DNA of 64,000 nt, taken from Oscillibacter sp. MSJ-31. Lineage in GTDB: Bacteria > Bacteroidota > Bacteroidia > Bacteroidales > Bacteroidaceae. The position numbers and the translations under genes were made by a program. This document shows, piece after piece, positions 17,578 through 29,186 of the stretch; position 1 is the first letter of the stretch, and the number at the start of each line of letters is the position of its first letter. Where the stretch lies: NCBI GenBank assembly GCA_963651005.1, contig CAVJNH010000003.1, forward strand, positions 778 to 64,777. The letters run 5' to 3'. Below the pieces are notes generated by a model. That model searched no databases and was not told the origin of the DNA. It saw only the letters and a program-made list of their open reading frames with translations.

Positions 17578-18852
17578 TTATTTCGTCATTGCCGAATCCT
17601 GATTGCCTTTTTTCGTGCTATGCTTGACTTTCTTGACTTTTGCCGTTCGGCTGACACTCAATATCACACCAATGTAGATGCAATTCAAGACGGTGGACGA
17701 ACCTCCCTTGGAAATCAACGGAAGAGGTTGGCCGGTTACCGGTCCCAGACCGACAGCTACCGCCATGTTGGCGATGGCCTGGACCACGAGCAGCAAGGTC
17801 AGCCCCATGACGAGGAAGGCAGGAAAATAGTTCTCACATCGGTTGGCGATACGGACACCGCGATACAGCAGTACAATATAAAGGAAAATGACACCTCCGG
17901 CACCCAAGATTCCCAACTCTTCAATGATGATGGCAAAGATGAAGTCGGAATAGGCTTGCGGCAGATAGTCACGCTCCACCGACTTGCCAGGGCCGATACC
18001 GATGATGTTACTGGTTGCAATCGCGATATTGGCATGGGCCACCTGTGCATCTTTTCCGTGAATATCAAAGTCTTTGGGAGCCACATCGGGTTTGTTGAAG
18101 CTCAAGATACGCCCTTTCCATGTGTCAGCCCGATGGAGGATTTTGTCGGCAAACCCCTTCTTTTCTTTCTGTTTCTCCACCTGCTCCGTCTGCGTCTCAC
18201 TGGTAACGGCCGGTGTTTCCTGATGGCCAACAACCATAATGAATGTAAGAACGGCAATTCCCATACCGGCACACAGGGCGAAGAGCTTGAGCAACTGTCG
18301 GACCGGTACCCGACCGATAATCATCATCAGAAAGACCACGGCAAACAGCAACATCGCGGTGGAGAGGTTCTCAAGGCCAATCAACACACAGATTCCTACC
18401 GTGTAGACCATGATATACTTGAAGGCTTTAAGATCCGCCCTGTCTTCCCGTTGCATCACAGCCAACACCTGTGCCGTAGCCAAGATAACGGTACCCTTGG
18501 CCAATTCAGAAGGCTGGAAGGACTGCCCGAAGACATTGAGACTACGATTGGCTCCATTGATGGTTTCACCGTCAACCAACACCACTATCAGCAACAAGGT
18601 ACTCAACAGCAACAGCGGCACAATCAACAGTTTGAAATAGCGACAGGGTATCAGGGGAATGATGAGTGCCGCACCAAAGCCCATGGCAATGGTTACCGCA
18701 TGGAACACGATAGGGCCGATGTAGTTCTGATTCCGGTAGGTCTGTTGGCTCAAGGCCGAAAAGACTTCGACCACGCTCACCATACAGAGAAGGAAGAACA
18801 CCATCCAGATGACCTTGTCGCCCTTGAAGATATTGCTGATTTTGAAGTTCAT
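17578..18852 (-). CDS. ftsW: SEDS glycosyltransferase FtsW
   Basis: FQPSELAK, SDFIFAIIIEELG, GQPLPLISKGGSS; start placed at MNFKIS. Confidence 0.92.
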   Translation of the reverse strand: MNFKISNIFKGDKVIWMVFFLLCMVSVVEVFSALSQQTYRNQNYIGPIVFHAVTIAMGFGAALIIPLIPCRYFKLLIVPLLLLSTLLLIVVLVDGETINGANRSLNVFGQSFQPSELAKGTVILATAQVLAVMQREDRADLKAFKYIMVYTVGICVLIGLENLSTAMLLFAVVFLMMIIGRVPVRQLLKLFALCAGMGIAVLTFIMVVGHQETPAVTSETQTEQVEKQKEKKGFADKILHRADTWKGRILSFNKPDVAPKDFDIHGKDAQVAHANIAIATSNIIGIGPGKSVERDYLPQAYSDFIFAIIIEELGILGAGGVIFLYIVLLYRGVRIANRCENYFPAFLVMGLTLLLVVQAIANMAVAVGLGPVTGQPLPLISKGGSSTVLNCIYIGVILSVSRTAKVKKVKHSTKKGNQDSAMTK

Positions 18853-18872
18853 ACCTTGTTGTCTCTGAGATA

Positions 18873-20204
18873 TTACAGGTTTCTGACCAGTGTCTTGAAC
18901 TGGTCTCCACGATCTTCCATGTTCTTGAACAAGTCGAACGAAGCACAGCATGGACTTAGCAGTACGGTCATTCCCGGTTCGGCCATTTCATAGCAGGCCG
19001 CTACACACTCCTTCATGGAGTGGGTGTCGCGCACCGGAATCCCCACAGAATCGAAAGTGTCGTGCAGCTTTTTATTGTCGGCTCCAAGATAGACCAGACC
19101 GGCACATTTTTCCTTGACCAACGGAATAATGGGATTGTAGTCGTTGCCTTTGTCCTTGCCTCCAAGGATGAGGATGGTCTTGGTTTTCATCGATTCCAGC
19201 GCATACCAGCACGCATCGACATTGGTGGCCTTCGAATCGTTGACATATAGGACCCCACGCACGGAACACACTTTCTCCAGGCGGTGTTCCACCCCCGGAA
19301 AATCGCTCAACGACTTACGGATAATCTCTTTTTTGATTCCGGCGATATTGGAGGCAATACCTGCTGCCAGCGAATTGTAGACGTTGTGTTTCCCAGTCAG
19401 GCTCAGCGACTCCTGTTCCATATTGAACGGTTCGGGCTTCTCGATTTTGTACTGCCCTTGCTCAATATAGCCGATGCTCCCCTTCTCTTTCAGTTCAGAG
19501 AAAGGATACGTCAACGCTTTGATGTCGTATTTGCTCAGTTCCTGACGGATGATGGGGTCGTCGTTCCAGAAAATGAACGCATCCTGTGGGGTCTGGTTCT
19601 GGATGATGCGCATCTTGGCATCCACATAGTTCTGCATACAGAAATTGTAACGGTCAAGATGGTCGGGCGTGATATTCAGCAGTATGGCAATATTGGCACG
19701 GAAATCATACATATTGTCCAGTTGGAACGAGCTCAACTCAATGATGTAATAGGCATGCGGATCTTCCGCCACCTGCAAAGCCAGTGAATGGCCGATATTT
19801 CCAGCCAGTCCCACGTCGTACCCTGCCGCCTTGAATATATGGTAAATCAAGCTCGTCGTGGTGGTTTTTCCGTTCGACCCCGTGATACAGATCATCTTGG
19901 AGTCGGTGTATCGCCCGGCAAGCTCTATCTCGCTGATGATGTGAATACCCTTCTCCTTCACCTTCACCACCATGGGTGCTGTGTCGGGAATACCCGGGCT
20001 TTTCACAATCTCGTCGGCACGGAGGATTCTCTCTTCCGTGTGACGACCCTCTTCCCACGCGATATGGTGGCTGTCCAACAACGCCTTGTACTTGTCCTTA
20101 ATCCCCGACATATCGCTGACGAACACGTCAAACCCCTTCTTCTTGGCCAGCACAGCGGCACCTGCACCGCTCTCGCCTGCGCCTAATACTACGATGCGCT
20201 TCAT
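18873..20204 (-). CDS. murD: UDP-MurNAc-L-Ala--D-glutamate ligase
   Basis: ITGSNGKTTT, ELSSFQL, NDSKATN, LLSPCCASFD. Confidence 0.96.
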   Translation of the reverse strand: MKRIVVLGAGESGAGAAVLAKKKGFDVFVSDMSGIKDKYKALLDSHHIAWEEGRHTEERILRADEIVKSPGIPDTAPMVVKVKEKGIHIISEIELAGRYTDSKMICITGSNGKTTTTSLIYHIFKAAGYDVGLAGNIGHSLALQVAEDPHAYYIIELSSFQLDNMYDFRANIAILLNITPDHLDRYNFCMQNYVDAKMRIIQNQTPQDAFIFWNDDPIIRQELSKYDIKALTYPFSELKEKGSIGYIEQGQYKIEKPEPFNMEQESLSLTGKHNVYNSLAAGIASNIAGIKKEIIRKSLSDFPGVEHRLEKVCSVRGVLYVNDSKATNVDACWYALESMKTKTILILGGKDKGNDYNPIIPLVKEKCAGLVYLGADNKKLHDTFDSVGIPVRDTHSMKECVAACYEMAEPGMTVLLSPCCASFDLFKNMEDRGDQFKTLVRNL

Positions 20205-21472
20205 CTTATCTTCAATGTTATAATCGTTATTGCTGCTAATATAATGGTTACAATCCAGAAACGGACGGTAATCTTCGACTCATGGAACGGATGGTGTGGC
20301 CAACGGCGGAGCAGATAGGTGCTGGTAGCGTCAAGTTGGGAGTCCAGTCGACGGAAGGTATCATGGATGGGGGTCGCACGGAAAACACGAACCCGCTTGC
20401 CTTTGCGCTTCTGCCATTTGAACCACTGGGTCTGGATGATGACACTGAGACTCTCAATGAAGAAGATGCCGCAGAGTACGGGCAACAAAAGCTCCTTGTG
20501 GATGATGACTGCACAGACACCAATGATGCCGCCGATGGTCAGCGACCCCGTGTCACCCATGAAGACCTGAGCCGGATAGGCATTGTACCAGAGGAAGCCC
20601 ACCATGGCACCCACAAACGCACAGAGGAACACCACGAGTTCCTGTGAACCTGGAATGTACATGATATCAAAATAGGCGGCATAGACAATGTGGCTGCTGA
20701 CATAAGCAAAGATGCCCAAGGCCACCCCGATTACTGCCGAGTTTCCTGCGCACATTCCGTCCATTCCATCATTGAGGTTGGCACCATTGCTGACAGCAGT
20801 CACCACTAGAATCGTCATAAGGACAAAAAGAATCCAACCGGCAGCCACCTTATACTTACCACAGAACCCCATCACGTCCGAATAGTCCAGATTGTGGTTC
20901 TTGGAAAACGGGACGGTGGTTTGCAGCGACTTGACGTTTTCTGCCTTGTGCTTGACCACCACCTCATGGTTCTGTTGAGCTACGGAAATATTCTCCCTGA
21001 CCACTGCATCCGGACTCAACCAGAGCGTCAGACCCACGATGAACCCGATGCTGATTTGCCCCACGATTTTGTATTTACCCTTCAGCCCATCCTTGTTCTT
21101 TCTGAAAATCTTGATATAATCGTCAAGGAAGCCGAGGAAGCCCAGCCAAACGGTGGTGACAATCATCAGGATGAGATAGATGTTGCGCATTCGTCCCAAC
21201 AACAGGACAGGCACAAGAATCGCCACGATAATGATGATGCCGCCCATCGTGGGAACGCCTTTCTTTTCGACACCAAAAGGATCCACTTTTGTATCGCGGG
21301 CTGTCTCGGAAATATGGTGACGCTTCATCCAACGTATAAACTTCTCGCCAAACCATGCGGAGATGACCAACGACAAGATCAGAGCCAACAGTGCCCGGAA
21401 CGAGATGTACGACCAGATATGCGCTCCCGGGATGTCAAATTGCTCCAGAAATCTGAACAGATAGTATAGCAT
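20201..21472 (-). CDS. mraY: Phospho-MurNAc-pentapeptide transferase
   Basis: PTMGG, GFLDDY, NLNDGMDG, FMGDTGSL. Confidence 0.96.
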   Translation of the reverse strand: MLYYLFRFLEQFDIPGAHIWSYISFRALLALILSLVISAWFGEKFIRWMKRHHISETARDTKVDPFGVEKKGVPTMGGIIIIVAILVPVLLLGRMRNIYLILMIVTTVWLGFLGFLDDYIKIFRKNKDGLKGKYKIVGQISIGFIVGLTLWLSPDAVVRENISVAQQNHEVVVKHKAENVKSLQTTVPFSKNHNLDYSDVMGFCGKYKVAAGWILFVLMTILVVTAVSNGANLNDGMDGMCAGNSAVIGVALGIFAYVSSHIVYAAYFDIMYIPGSQELVVFLCAFVGAMVGFLWYNAYPAQVFMGDTGSLTIGGIIGVCAVIIHKELLLPVLCGIFFIESLSVIIQTQWFKWQKRKGKRVRVFRATPIHDTFRRLDSQLDATSTYLLRRWPHHPFHESKITVRFWIVTIILAAITIITLKIR

Positions 21473-21480
21473 AGGCGGTA

Positions 21481-22935
21481 TTATAAGTTAAAAATGTCTC
21501 TGATTACTTCACGGTCATCGAAATGATGTTTCACACCCTTCACCTCCTGGTAGGTCTCATGGCCTTTTCCTGCAATGAGGATGACATCGCCCTTTTGAGC
21601 CATCATCGCGGCAGTCCGGATGGCTTCCTTGCGGTCGACTATCGTCACCACCTTTTTCATCTGTTGCGGTGTGAGACCGGCCAGCATATCGTTGATGATG
21701 TCGCCGGGTTCCTCATATCTGGGATTGTCGCTGGTGATGATGACCCTATCACTTTGCTTGACGGCCTCCTGGGCCATCAGCGGGCGCTTGCCCTTATCCC
21801 TGTTTCCTCCGGCACCGCAGACCGTCAGGATATGGCCGTCCTTTCCCTCCATGACCTCATGGATGGCCTTCAGCACGTTCTCCAAAGCATCGGGGGTGTG
21901 GGCATAATCCACGATAGCGGTGACACCGTCCCTCGAACGGATCGGTTCCATCCGTCCGGCCACACTTTTCAATGTGCTCAGCGCAACGAGCACGTTCTCC
22001 GGCTCTTCCCCAAGCATGACGGCTGCACCATAGACCGCCAGCAGGTTGCTGACATTGAACTTGCCGATGAATTGCACGCCGACCTCCCGTCCGTTGATTT
22101 CGAGATACATTCCCTCGAAATGACATTCTATGACACGCGCCCGGAAATCAGCCATCTGCCCCACGGAGTAGGTCTTGACGTGTGCTTTGCAGTTTTGCAC
22201 CATGAAGCCTCCGTTCTTGTCGTCGGCATTGGTAATGGCGAAAGCCTCTTTGGGCAAGGCATCGAAGAAGGCTTTCTTCGCGTTGCGGTAGTTCTCGAAT
22301 GTTTTGTGGTAGTCCAGATGATCCCGGGTCAGATTGGTAAAGATTCCGCCGGTAAAAGTCAGTCCGCCGATGCGCTTTTGGGCGATGGCATGACTTGAAC
22401 ACTCCATAAAGGCATATTCGCACCCCGCCATCACCATGCGATGAAGCAGACAGTTAAGCTCAATCGGGTCGGGGGTCGTATGGTCAGCGGCTATGGGCTC
22501 GTCCTCGATATAGTTGCATACCGTAGAGAGCAGTCCGCAACGGTGTCCCTCCTTGCGCAGCAGATGATAGAGCAGCGTCGCGATGGTGGTTTTTCCGTTG
22601 GTGCCCGTCACACCCACCAGTTTCAGTTTCCGCGAAGGATTGCCGTAGAACCTCGTGGCTACCTGTCCCACGACATCCTCCGTATCCGCCACTTGTATGT
22701 AACACACACCGGGAATCCTTTCCTCCGGCATCTCTTCACACAGGATGGCGACGGCCCCCTGCTGGATGGCTTTGCCGATGAACCGGTGTCCGTCCGTCTG
22801 TGTCCCTCTGATGGCCACAAACAGATGACCTTTCCCGATTTTCCGGGAGTCGATGTTCACCCCCACAATCTCCACGTCCATTGCTCCTGCCGTCTGCAGG
22901 ATATTGACGGATTCCATTAGTTCGCTTAGTTTCAT
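21481..22935 (-). CDS. murE: UDP-MurNAc-dipeptide--meso-DAP ligase
   Basis: GTNGKTT, DYAHTPD, DNPR (DAP-type motif), AGKGHE. Confidence 0.96.
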   Translation of the reverse strand: MKLSELMESVNILQTAGAMDVEIVGVNIDSRKIGKGHLFVAIRGTQTDGHRFIGKAIQQGAVAILCEEMPEERIPGVCYIQVADTEDVVGQVATRFYGNPSRKLKLVGVTGTNGKTTIATLLYHLLRKEGHRCGLLSTVCNYIEDEPIAADHTTPDPIELNCLLHRMVMAGCEYAFMECSSHAIAQKRIGGLTFTGGIFTNLTRDHLDYHKTFENYRNAKKAFFDALPKEAFAITNADDKNGGFMVQNCKAHVKTYSVGQMADFRARVIECHFEGMYLEINGREVGVQFIGKFNVSNLLAVYGAAVMLGEEPENVLVALSTLKSVAGRMEPIRSRDGVTAIVDYAHTPDALENVLKAIHEVMEGKDGHILTVCGAGGNRDKGKRPLMAQEAVKQSDRVIITSDNPRYEEPGDIINDMLAGLTPQQMKKVVTIVDRKEAIRTAAMMAQKGDVILIAGKGHETYQEVKGVKHHFDDREVIRDIFNL

Positions 22936-22970
22936 ATCGCTTTTTATAATAATGAGCGTATCGTTTGACT

Positions 22971-25049
22971 TTATTCCAAGACCAAGGTGCAGACCGTTCC
23001 CCTTACCAGTTTCTGTCCAGGTGTCGGGCTTTGCCGCTTGACCGTCCCGCGTCCGGAAATCCTCACCTTCATGCCGTTCGATTCCAACAGGTAAACGGCA
23101 TCCTTGGCACCCATCCCCCCAACATCGGGAACCGTACCCCGAGGCCAGTTTTCCCGCCGTTGTGTCACTTTCTCCGGTTTGATGTCCAGATGCCGGAGCA
23201 CATAGCCCGTAGCCTCCTTGTCTCCCCGTTTTACATCGGGAACCGTCACCGAATGTTCGTCGTGCGCATTCTTGATGTCGAGCTTGATATTACGCGCCAT
23301 CACGCCTTCCGCAATCTGGCGGAACACCAGGGCGCTCATTCCTCCCGAGCCTCCATAGCCCGACCGCTTGATACAGACGATACAGGAATAGAGCGGATTG
23401 TCGGCAGGGAAATACCCCGCGAACGAGAGCCAATAGGCTATACCGCCCGTCTTGTACCCTCCGGCCTGCGCCACTTGTGCCGTACCGGTCTTTCCTGCCA
23501 CCTTGAACGTTCCCGTTCTGGCCTTTTTGCCCGTACCCTTGCTGACTACCCGTTCCAGCAATGACTGCACCGTCTGGATGGTTTGTGTTTTCGCCATCCG
23601 TTTCTCCATCACTTTGACTGTCGGATATTCTCGGACCACTTTCCCGTCCTTCATGACGCATTTCACGAATCTTGGCCGCATCATCACCCCATCGTTGGCA
23701 ATGCCGTTGTAGAAAGTCAGCGTCGAGATGGGTGGCAACTGCGTCTCATAGCCAATCGACATCCAGGGCAGTGCCGTTTTGCTCCAGTTCACCCATTGGC
23801 CGTGTTTGTTTTTCTTGGGCATACGGATGTGTGGTCGGGCATATCCCTTGATGGGCAGTTTGAGGTCGGCAGCCAGCCCCGTGCGGTAGAGTCCCTCGAC
23901 GAACTTCTCCGGCTGTCGGCCATAGTTCTCGTCGATGACGCGACTGATACCAATGTTCGAACTGACTTCCATAGCCCGTCCCAAGGAGATGTAGCCGTAT
24001 CCGCCGTTCCGCCAGTTGTGGTCTTTCATCTGTGCGCCATGCATGGGCCAGATGCCTCCTGCCGTATCGATATGTTTTGCGGTGTCAGCCACCCCGTCAT
24101 CGAGAGCCACCATCACCGAGGCCGTCTTGAACACCGACCCTGGTTCTCTCAGGTCTGCCACGGCAAAATTCTTGGTTTCGCGGAAGACATCGCCGGGACA
24201 GCGTTCCATATTGACAATCGCCTTCACGTCGCCCGTGGCCACTTCCATCAGTATCGCCACGCCGAGATCACAACGGTCTTTCTTCAGTTCGTCCACGAGA
24301 GCCCTCTCCGCCAAATCCTGCATATTCACGTCAATCGTGGTGACGATGTCCCCACCGTCGATAGGCAACGTGACGGGAATGTTCAACTGGGCATTGAGCA
24401 CCTTCCGCCGCTTGTTCAGTCCCGGTGTTCCCCGGAGGATGGAATCGTATGCCAGTTCCAGTCCCAGTCGTGCACTGTCTTTTGCCCCGTACATCGCCCC
24501 GATGGTTCTTTCTCCCAGCGATCCGAACGGTCTCCGTCTTGCATTGAATTCCTCTTCATGGAATCCACTGGTGTTTTTCGACAGCGAGAAGAAAGGCAGT
24601 GCCTTCACCTCCGTGTAGGTATTATAGTCGATGCGCTTGGGCCAGATAGCCCAGTGTCTCGCCTTCTTTTGATGTCCTTCCTCCAGATGTCGTTTGAATT
24701 CGGTTGCCGACCGCTGCGGAAAAATCCGGTGAAGACCCTCGCAGATGGAGTCAATCTTATTGTCCCAAAGCGAATCCTGCTTTTCATTGTCGATGCCAAA
24801 GTCCATGTAGATTTTATATTCGGGAATGGAACTCGCCATGAGCTGCCCGTCACAACTGAGGATGTTGCCCCGTTTAGGTTTGACGGTAATGCTGTCGCTC
24901 TTGAGCCTGCTGGCCACCTCCGTCCAATATTGCTTCTTGGCCGTCATGGTATAGAACGCCTTCCCGAAGATTATCAGGAAGATGACCACCAGCCCGGCGG
25001 CGATCCAGAAATACCGCACTGCTATATTACTGTTGTTTATCTTGCTCAT
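22971..25049 (-). CDS. ftsI: Class B penicillin-binding protein (FtsI/PBP3) with C-terminal PASTA domain
   Basis: SVFK, SSN and KTG catalytic motifs; start placed at MSKINN. Confidence 0.92.
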   Translation of the reverse strand: MSKINNSNIAVRYFWIAAGLVVIFLIIFGKAFYTMTAKKQYWTEVASRLKSDSITVKPKRGNILSCDGQLMASSIPEYKIYMDFGIDNEKQDSLWDNKIDSICEGLHRIFPQRSATEFKRHLEEGHQKKARHWAIWPKRIDYNTYTEVKALPFFSLSKNTSGFHEEEFNARRRPFGSLGERTIGAMYGAKDSARLGLELAYDSILRGTPGLNKRRKVLNAQLNIPVTLPIDGGDIVTTIDVNMQDLAERALVDELKKDRCDLGVAILMEVATGDVKAIVNMERCPGDVFRETKNFAVADLREPGSVFKTASVMVALDDGVADTAKHIDTAGGIWPMHGAQMKDHNWRNGGYGYISLGRAMEVSSNIGISRVIDENYGRQPEKFVEGLYRTGLAADLKLPIKGYARPHIRMPKKNKHGQWVNWSKTALPWMSIGYETQLPPISTLTFYNGIANDGVMMRPRFVKCVMKDGKVVREYPTVKVMEKRMAKTQTIQTVQSLLERVVSKGTGKKARTGTFKVAGKTGTAQVAQAGGYKTGGIAYWLSFAGYFPADNPLYSCIVCIKRSGYGGSGGMSALVFRQIAEGVMARNIKLDIKNAHDEHSVTVPDVKRGDKEATGYVLRHLDIKPEKVTQRRENWPRGTVPDVGGMGAKDAVYLLESNGMKVRISGRGTVKRQSPTPGQKLVRGTVCTLVLE

Positions 25050-25056
25050 CGACACG

Positions 25057-25539
25057 TTAGTTTTCTGGGACGGGTATGACGTAGGGCGGTTGGTCGGCGA
25101 TGTGGAGCAGCGAGTCATTGTTCTGCCGCAGCATTTCAAGCACATGACTCTCACGACATTTCTCCGTCAGCGTGCTCGAAGCGGCCAAGGCTTTGTTCTT
25201 GACATCTTTGAGCTGTATTTCCAATTTTCGGATAGCCACCATATCCTGTTGACACTGATAACGGAAACCGATATAAATGAGGGTAAAGGCCACCACCAGC
25301 AGGATGACTCCCACTTGTGATCGCATAAAGTCGGCCGTCAGGAAATCGCCACCCAGCACACTTTTCATGGTGAGTTGCTGGCCGGGATGCGTGTCGCTGT
25401 CCTGCGCCGTCTCCTGCACCCACTTCAGCGTTTCCTGCAGTTGCTGTTCAGCGTCTCGTGCTTCCTGCCCGTTGCCGATGGACGCACTGTCGTGGTTTTG
25501 CCCTTCTTCCCCGAGTATGGTATCTGTCACTTCCATCAT
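25057..25539 (-). CDS. FtsL-like cell division protein
   Basis: Single TM followed by coiled coil; located between rsmH and ftsI. Confidence 0.8.
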   Translation of the reverse strand: MMEVTDTILGEEGQNHDSASIGNGQEARDAEQQLQETLKWVQETAQDSDTHPGQQLTMKSVLGGDFLTADFMRSQVGVILLVVAFTLIYIGFRYQCQQDMVAIRKLEIQLKDVKNKALAASSTLTEKCRESHVLEMLRQNNDSLLHIADQPPYVIPVPEN

Positions 25540-25551
25540 TCCTTGTTCTGT

Positions 25552-26469
25552 TTATTCCGTTTTCTCTGCTATTCTCAGTTTTGCGCTCCGGCTTCTGGAA
25601 TTGTTCTGAAGTTCCTCGTCCTGAGGCGTGATGACCTTGCTGTTGACCAGACGGAACGGACAGGTACTGCGTCCGAAAAAGTCCTGCCTCACACGCCCTT
25701 CCACGTTCCCGGTCTTCATCACGTTTTTCACCATCCGGTCTTCCAGCGAGTGGTAGGTGATGACACACAACCTTCCGCCCTTTCGCAGCATCTGTCCTGC
25801 CCCCATAAGCATATCGCGAAGGGCTTCCATCTCGTGGTTCACCTCCATGCGCAGCGCTTGATAGAGCCTGGCCATGTCTTTCTTTTCACGTTCCGGGCAC
25901 ATCAGCGGTCGGATAGCGGTGGTCAGGTCGTTTGTAGTTACGATAGGATGCACTTCCCTACATTTGACGATGGCCGCAGCGATGCGCCTTGCCTGCTTCA
26001 TCTCCCCGTAGAGGTAGAAGATGTCAGCCAACTGGCCCTCGTCATAGTTGTTGAGGATATCGGCTGCCGTTGCACCAGCCCGTTTGTTCATCCGCATGTC
26101 CAAAGGCGCATCGAAACGGAAAGAGAACCCGCGGGTCTCGTCATCGAAATGGTGGCTGGAGACACCGAGATCTGCCAACAAACCGTCGATATGGTCTATG
26201 TTGTAGTAGCGCATCCAGTTGGAGAGATACCGGAAATTGCTCCTGACAAAGGTAAACCGGTCGTCGTTGGCCACATTCCGCTCTGCATCAGCATCCTGGT
26301 CGAAGCCGTAAAGATGACCGTTGGGAGCGAGGTGACGCAGAATTTCCCGCGAATGTCCGCCACCGCCAAAGGTCACGTCCACATAGATGCCGTCGGGCTT
26401 GACGTCAAGTCCGGCGATGCTCTCATGGAGGAGCACTGGCACGTGATAGGTTTCTGCCATCTTTGTCAT
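25552..26469 (-). CDS. rsmH: 16S rRNA m4C1402 methyltransferase
   Basis: HVPVLL, DVTFGGGGHS, LDMRM, HSLEDR, RSAKLR. Confidence 0.96.
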   Translation of the reverse strand: MTKMAETYHVPVLLHESIAGLDVKPDGIYVDVTFGGGGHSREILRHLAPNGHLYGFDQDADAERNVANDDRFTFVRSNFRYLSNWMRYYNIDHIDGLLADLGVSSHHFDDETRGFSFRFDAPLDMRMNKRAGATAADILNNYDEGQLADIFYLYGEMKQARRIAAAIVKCREVHPIVTTNDLTTAIRPLMCPEREKKDMARLYQALRMEVNHEMEALRDMLMGAGQMLRKGGRLCVITYHSLEDRMVKNVMKTGNVEGRVRQDFFGRSTCPFRLVNSKVITPQDEELQNNSRSRSAKLRIAEKTE

Positions 26470-26475
26470 GCGGAA

Positions 26476-26931
26476 TTAGTATTTATCGTTGTCCACCATC
26501 AGTTTCTCAAGGGCTTCCCCGAAGTTTTCCGCGCTCATCTTCTGCCGCTCGGCCTCGCTGACACTCCATATTTCGATGGTATCATCCATGCCGATGAAAC
26601 GGATCTCCTGTTCAATGTGAGCCATTTGCTGGAATCGCTTGGGAATAAGGAAACGGCCATTCCCGTCCAGACTGACGAGTTCGACATCGCTCACGAACTG
26701 ACGGAACACCTGCTGCTGTTCTTTATTCCAACGGTTCAGCCGTTGGCGCAAGAAATCCATCTGCCGGTTCCAAACCGTTTCGGGAAAGAGCACCAGACAG
26801 GACTGAAACACATCTTTCCTCAGCACGAGACGCTCCTCGCCTCCCGTCTGCAACACCTTTCTGAAGGTTGCCGGCAGGAAAGCCCGTCCCTTGGCATCGG
26901 TTCTTGCTTCTATGTTACCTAAAAAACGCAT
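26476..26931 (-). CDS. mraZ: Transcriptional regulator MraZ
   Basis: DAKGR and DGNGR repeats; start placed at MRFLG. Confidence 0.93.
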   Translation of the reverse strand: MRFLGNIEARTDAKGRAFLPATFRKVLQTGGEERLVLRKDVFQSCLVLFPETVWNRQMDFLRQRLNRWNKEQQQVFRQFVSDVELVSLDGNGRFLIPKRFQQMAHIEQEIRFIGMDDTIEIWSVSEAERQKMSAENFGEALEKLMVDNDKY

Positions 26932-26964
26932 GCGTACTTCTTTATATATTCCAGTTCTCGGATG

Positions 26965-27000
26965 CAAAATTAAGCAAAATCCCCCACAACGCCCCACTTT
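26965..27000 (-). promoter_or_regulatory. dcw promoter with MraZ operator
   Basis: TAATTTTG at 26972-26965; GTGGG-N5-GTGGG direct repeats just upstream (aaaGTGGGgcgttGTGGGgg). Confidence 0.75.
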
Positions 27001-27315
27001 TCCTTGTTTTTTTTGCGATTATTTTTTATCCGGCAACAGTATATACGTATAATTCGTTGATTTTTAGTTGATTTTGCATATTAAAAATATCCAGTTTTAG
27101 TGGGGCGGTTTCAACACTCCTCTTCGATTGGCAGTGTGCGGATGATTGGTCGCATACACGGGCACGAACAGAAACGCATTTGGTCGCTTTGACAGACAGA
27201 GCACACAAATTGAGCGCACAAAACAAAAGGTTGAAAGTTTTTCGTGGAAAAATGTTTTGTTTTTCAAACTATTTTCTTAATTTTGCAACTGATTAGTATG
27301 TATCTCTTGAGAGAA

Positions 27316-28140
27316 ATGGATCAGACAACAGAAAAAACGATCGACATTGACCAGATACTCAGAAACAAATTAGGCACCAAAACCAAATGGATTCCACGTC
27401 CTTTGGTTTCGTGGCTGAAACGCATTGTCCACCAAGACCGCGTCAATGCCTTCCTTTGGGAGAGTCGCCACAAGACCGGAACCGAATGGCTTGAAGCCTG
27501 TGTCGAATACCTGCAGATGACCATCGACATTGTAGGGAAGGAAAATCTTCCCGCTCCCGACGACGGGCGACTCTACACCTTCGTTTCCAACCATCCGTTG
27601 GGAGGCGAGGACGGCGTGGCTCTCGGTGCCATCATCGGCCGGCATTACAATAGCCGTTTCCGTTACCTTGTCAATGATTTGCTGATGAATCTTCCAGGAC
27701 TGGCCCCGCTTTGCATCCCTATCAACAAGACCGGGAAACAGGGGCGCAACTTCCCTGCTATGGTGAAGGCCGGCTTCGAGAGCGACAACCACATGCTGAT
27801 GTATCCGGCCGGCATCTGCTCCCGCCGACGCAACGGCGAGATTCGCGATATTCCCTGGAGCAAAACGTTCATCGTAAAAAGCGTCGAGTATCAGCGCGAT
27901 GTAGTGCCCATCCATTTCAGCGGACAGAACTCCGATTTCTTCTATCGGCTTGCCAATTTCAGCGACAAGCACCTGAAGTTCAATCTTGCCATGCTCTTTC
28001 TTGTCGATGAAATGTACAAAAACGTGGGGAAGCGTTTTGAAATCAGGATTGGGAAACCCATTCCCTGGCAGACCTTTGACAAGTCGAAAACCCCGAAGGA
28101 ATGGGCACAATACGTGCAGGACAAGGTCTACAACCTATAA
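27316..28140 (+). CDS. PlsC-family O-acyltransferase, probable glycine-lipid synthesis GlsA-like
   Basis: NHPLGGED (HX4D) motif, YPAG; paired with a GNAT N-acyltransferase beside the dcw cluster. Confidence 0.75.
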   Translation: MDQTTEKTIDIDQILRNKLGTKTKWIPRPLVSWLKRIVHQDRVNAFLWESRHKTGTEWLEACVEYLQMTIDIVGKENLPAPDDGRLYTFVSNHPLGGEDGVALGAIIGRHYNSRFRYLVNDLLMNLPGLAPLCIPINKTGKQGRNFPAMVKAGFESDNHMLMYPAGICSRRRNGEIRDIPWSKTFIVKSVEYQRDVVPIHFSGQNSDFFYRLANFSDKHLKFNLAMLFLVDEMYKNVGKRFEIRIGKPIPWQTFDKSKTPKEWAQYVQDKVYNL

Positions 28141-28183
28141 CAAATAAAAAAAGGAAACTTACAGCAAATAGAAAGAACCAACA

Positions 28184-29185
28184 ATGGAACAGCCTATCAT
28201 CCATCCCATCGACAAAGAAGTCATCAAGTCTGAGCTGACACCTGACAAGCGGTTGCGGCTGACGAACAAGAGCAACAACGAAATCTATATCGTCACCACT
28301 CACAACGCGCCTCACGTCATGCTCGAAATCGGGCGGTTGCGCGAGATTGCTTTCCGCGAGGCTGGCGGCGGAACGGGGAAAGAGGCCGACATTGACGAGT
28401 TCGACACGTGTGAGCGATGCTACAAGCAACTTCTCGTCTGGAATCCTGAAGCTGAGGAGATTATCGGGGGTTACCGCTATCTGTTGGGAACAGATTGGGA
28501 GTATGACCAGCAGGGACAACCCAAACTCGCCACCAGCCATATGTTCCATTTCTCCGAAAGGTTCATCAAGGAGTTTGCCCCACAGACCGTAGAACTCGGA
28601 CGTTCTTTCGTTGCAGTGCCTTACCAGTCGTCACGGATGGGAGCCAAGAGCCTTTTCGCCCTCGACAACCTGTGGGACGGACTGGGAGCCTTGACGGTCA
28701 TCCGTCCCGACGTGCGCTACTATTTCGGGAAGATGACCATGTATCCGTCGTACATCCGCAAGGGACGCGACATGATTCTCTATTTCCTCAAAAAGCATTT
28801 TGACGATAAGGAACGGCTCATTATCCCGATGAAACCGCTGCAATTGGAGAGCGACGAACGTGAATTTGAGGAACTGTTTTCGGGCAATAGCTTTAAGGAG
28901 GACTACCGGATTCTCAACCGCGAAATCCGGAAGTTAGGCTACAACATTCCTCCGTTGGTCAATGCTTATATGGGACTTTCTCCCACGATGAAGCTCTTCG
29001 GAACTGCCATCAACTACGGGTTTGGCGATGTGGAAGAGACGGGCATTCTCATTGCCGTCGACGAAATTCTGGAAGAGAAGCGGAAACGCCACATAGACTC
29101 GTTCGTGAAGGCCCATCCCGATGCACTGAAAATCACCAGCGGGGCCAATCAGGTCATCTACAAGGAGAAGACCGGTCAGGAGTAG
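28184..29185 (+). CDS. GNAT-family N-acyl amino acid synthase, probable GlsB/ChoA-like
   Basis: EIGRLREIAFR, GGYR, ELGRSFV, IPPLVNAY (OlsB-like fold). Confidence 0.8.
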   Translation: MEQPIIHPIDKEVIKSELTPDKRLRLTNKSNNEIYIVTTHNAPHVMLEIGRLREIAFREAGGGTGKEADIDEFDTCERCYKQLLVWNPEAEEIIGGYRYLLGTDWEYDQQGQPKLATSHMFHFSERFIKEFAPQTVELGRSFVAVPYQSSRMGAKSLFALDNLWDGLGALTVIRPDVRYYFGKMTMYPSYIRKGRDMILYFLKKHFDDKERLIIPMKPLQLESDEREFEELFSGNSFKEDYRILNREIRKLGYNIPPLVNAYMGLSPTMKLFGTAINYGFGDVEETGILIAVDEILEEKRKRHIDSFVKAHPDALKITSGANQVIYKEKTGQE

Positions 29186-29186
29186 G

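Noticed and set aside
11503..26931. murF, ddl and murB absent from the dcw cluster
   Set aside because: Usual arrangement in Bacteroidota; these genes normally lie elsewhere.
27189..27225. GAGCACACAAA/GAGCGCACAAA direct repeat in the mraZ/acyltransferase gap
   Set aside because: Too short and imperfect to distinguish from chance without comparative data.
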